From Cyanophora paradoxa CCMP329 (lineage: Eukaryota > Plantae > Glaucophyta): DNA of 64,000 bases. Each line of letters opens with the position of its first letter. Position 1 is the stretch's first letter. Positions 63,029-64,000 of the stretch are shown in pieces. The notes under the pieces were generated by a model that was not told the DNA's origin, searched no databases, and was given only the letters and a program-made list of their open reading frames with translations. Position numbers and translations under genes: made by a program. The stretch lies in assembly GCA_004431415.1 (NCBI GenBank), contig QPMI01000545.1, positions 1 through 64,000 on the forward strand. The letters are read 5' to 3'.

Positions 63029-64000
63029 ATGGAGAGCGACGACCTGCCGCCCGGCGTCGAGCACGCCCAGCATTCGCATGCACCAGCGGGCCCCGCATTC
63101 TTCGCCAGCGCGCCGCTCTTCGCTAGCGCCCCAATCCAGCGCCAACACGACATGGACGCGCCTCCGGGAACGGCGGATTACGTAGATTTGGACGAAGTTG
63201 TCCAGCCTGAGCCGCCATTCGTCGCACCGGAGCCCCCTCCTTACACGCCCGAACCTGCCGCTCTCGCAGCACCGCCTCAGCCGCCATCGAACTTCGCCAC
63301 CCTCCCACATCCGCCTTTCGCGTCCACGCCAGCGTTCCCGCAAGCCTCCTCGCCCCAGCCCCTCGTGCACGTCTCGCCAGCCGTCGCCGTGTCGCCGATC
63401 CCGGCCGCGGCGATCCCGCTCCACCATCCCGTCGAAGCCGCACCGGCGGAGATGCAGCTCGAACAAGCGCCGACCCACGCTCCCGAGCGGCACGCGGAGC
63501 GCAAGAAGACGGCCGAGCAGCGCTGGTCGGGAACCGTAATGGCGCGCCCCGCCCCCGCCCGCGCGCCGCTCGAAGCTGAGCGCCTCCGCAGGTGCACCAC
63601 GCGACTGCGGACCTCGCTGAGGCATGCGCCGCCCCGCCGCGCCGCGGGACGGGCCGCCCCGCCGCGCCCCGGCGCTGACTCCCGGGCAGGTCTGGCGGAC
63701 GGCGTACGCCGCGGACGGCTTCGATGTTGCGGGCGCCGACCGCGCCACCGTCTCCGACTGCCTGTGCGCGCGAGCGCGCGCGCGAGCGGGCGCCCCGCCT
63801 GCCGCCCGGCAGGCGGCGCTGAGGCGCGCCGCGCAGGCCCGAGGAGCTCGAGGGGAACGTGCGCGTGCCGCACCTCTCCGCGCTGCGGACGCTCTCGCGC
63901 TCCGAGCGCTGGACCTGCGCCCTGGCGCTCCTCTTCCGCGGGCCCGAGCGCTCGGGCCCCGACGCCCTCCTCGCCTCCCTCTCCTCCCACGCCCGCGTAC
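63029..64000 (+). CDS. 5' part of a gene: Pro-rich N-terminus followed by a possible SPOC domain; runs off the window
   Basis: MESDDLPPGVE... open to ~63541, then short exons RWSGTVM|VHHATADLAE|VWRTAYAADG...SDCL|PEELEGNVRV, resembling the SPOC W.G...AY...LP..L...R pattern. Confidence 0.5.
   Translation, partial: MESDDLPPGVEHAQHSHAPAGPAFFASAPLFASAPIQRQHDMDAPPGTADYVDLDEVVQPEPPFVAPEPPPYTPEPAALAAPPQPPSNFATLPHPPFASTPAFPQASSPQPLVHVSPAVAVSPIPAAAIPLHHPVEAAPAEMQLEQAPTHAPERHAERKKTAEQRWSGTVMARPAPARAPLEAERLRRCTTRLRTSLRHAPPRRAAGRAAPPRPGADSRAGLADGVRRGRLRCCGRRPRHRLRLPVRASARASGRPACRPAGGAEARRAGPRSSRGTCACRTSPRCGRSRAPSAGPAPWRSSSAGPSARAPTPSSPPSPPTPAY

Noticed and set aside
1-64000. tRNA, rRNA or snRNA genes
   Set aside because: No convincing cloverleaf or conserved RNA motifs seen by eye; an Infernal/tRNAscan run would be needed to exclude them.

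Overview
Eukaryotic, very GC-rich and intron-dense window. Introns are mostly ~55-150 nt, with GT or GC donors, CTGAC/CTCAC-like branch sites and CAG acceptors, so most long ORFs in the track are artefacts and the genes were rebuilt by hand-splicing. The gene content (CEP104, fibrocystin-L-like) implies a flagellated protist or alga; the intron style suggests a glaucophyte-like genome, but that is only inference. About 13 genes in order: (1) low-complexity gene end (+); (2) LRR-like/tandem-PWWP/KHA-like protein (-), head-to-head with (3) a SAM-domain DOT1 H3K79 methyltransferase (+); (4) an 8-exon heliorhodopsin with unusual intramembrane charged residues (+); (5) PPC-like repeat protein (+); (6) CEP104-like protein lacking the zinc-finger tail (+); (7) intronless 408-aa orphan (-); (8) TPR plus EF-hand-like protein (-); (9) Pro/Ala-rich protein (+); (10) RAMA-domain coiled-coil protein (+); then a ~3.5-kb transposon-debris island (retroelement 3' end, TA-flanked MITEs, palindrome-saturated DNA); (11) a ~20.5-kb fibrocystin-L/PKHD1L1-like gene (+); (12) a paladin-like phosphatase (-); (13) the 5' part of a possible SPOC-domain gene (+). 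Top leads: the heliorhodopsin as a candidate ion-conducting variant, the divergent PWWP/SAM-DOT1 pair, the RAMA protein and the intronless orphan. All domain calls come from motif recognition by eye; no searches were run.
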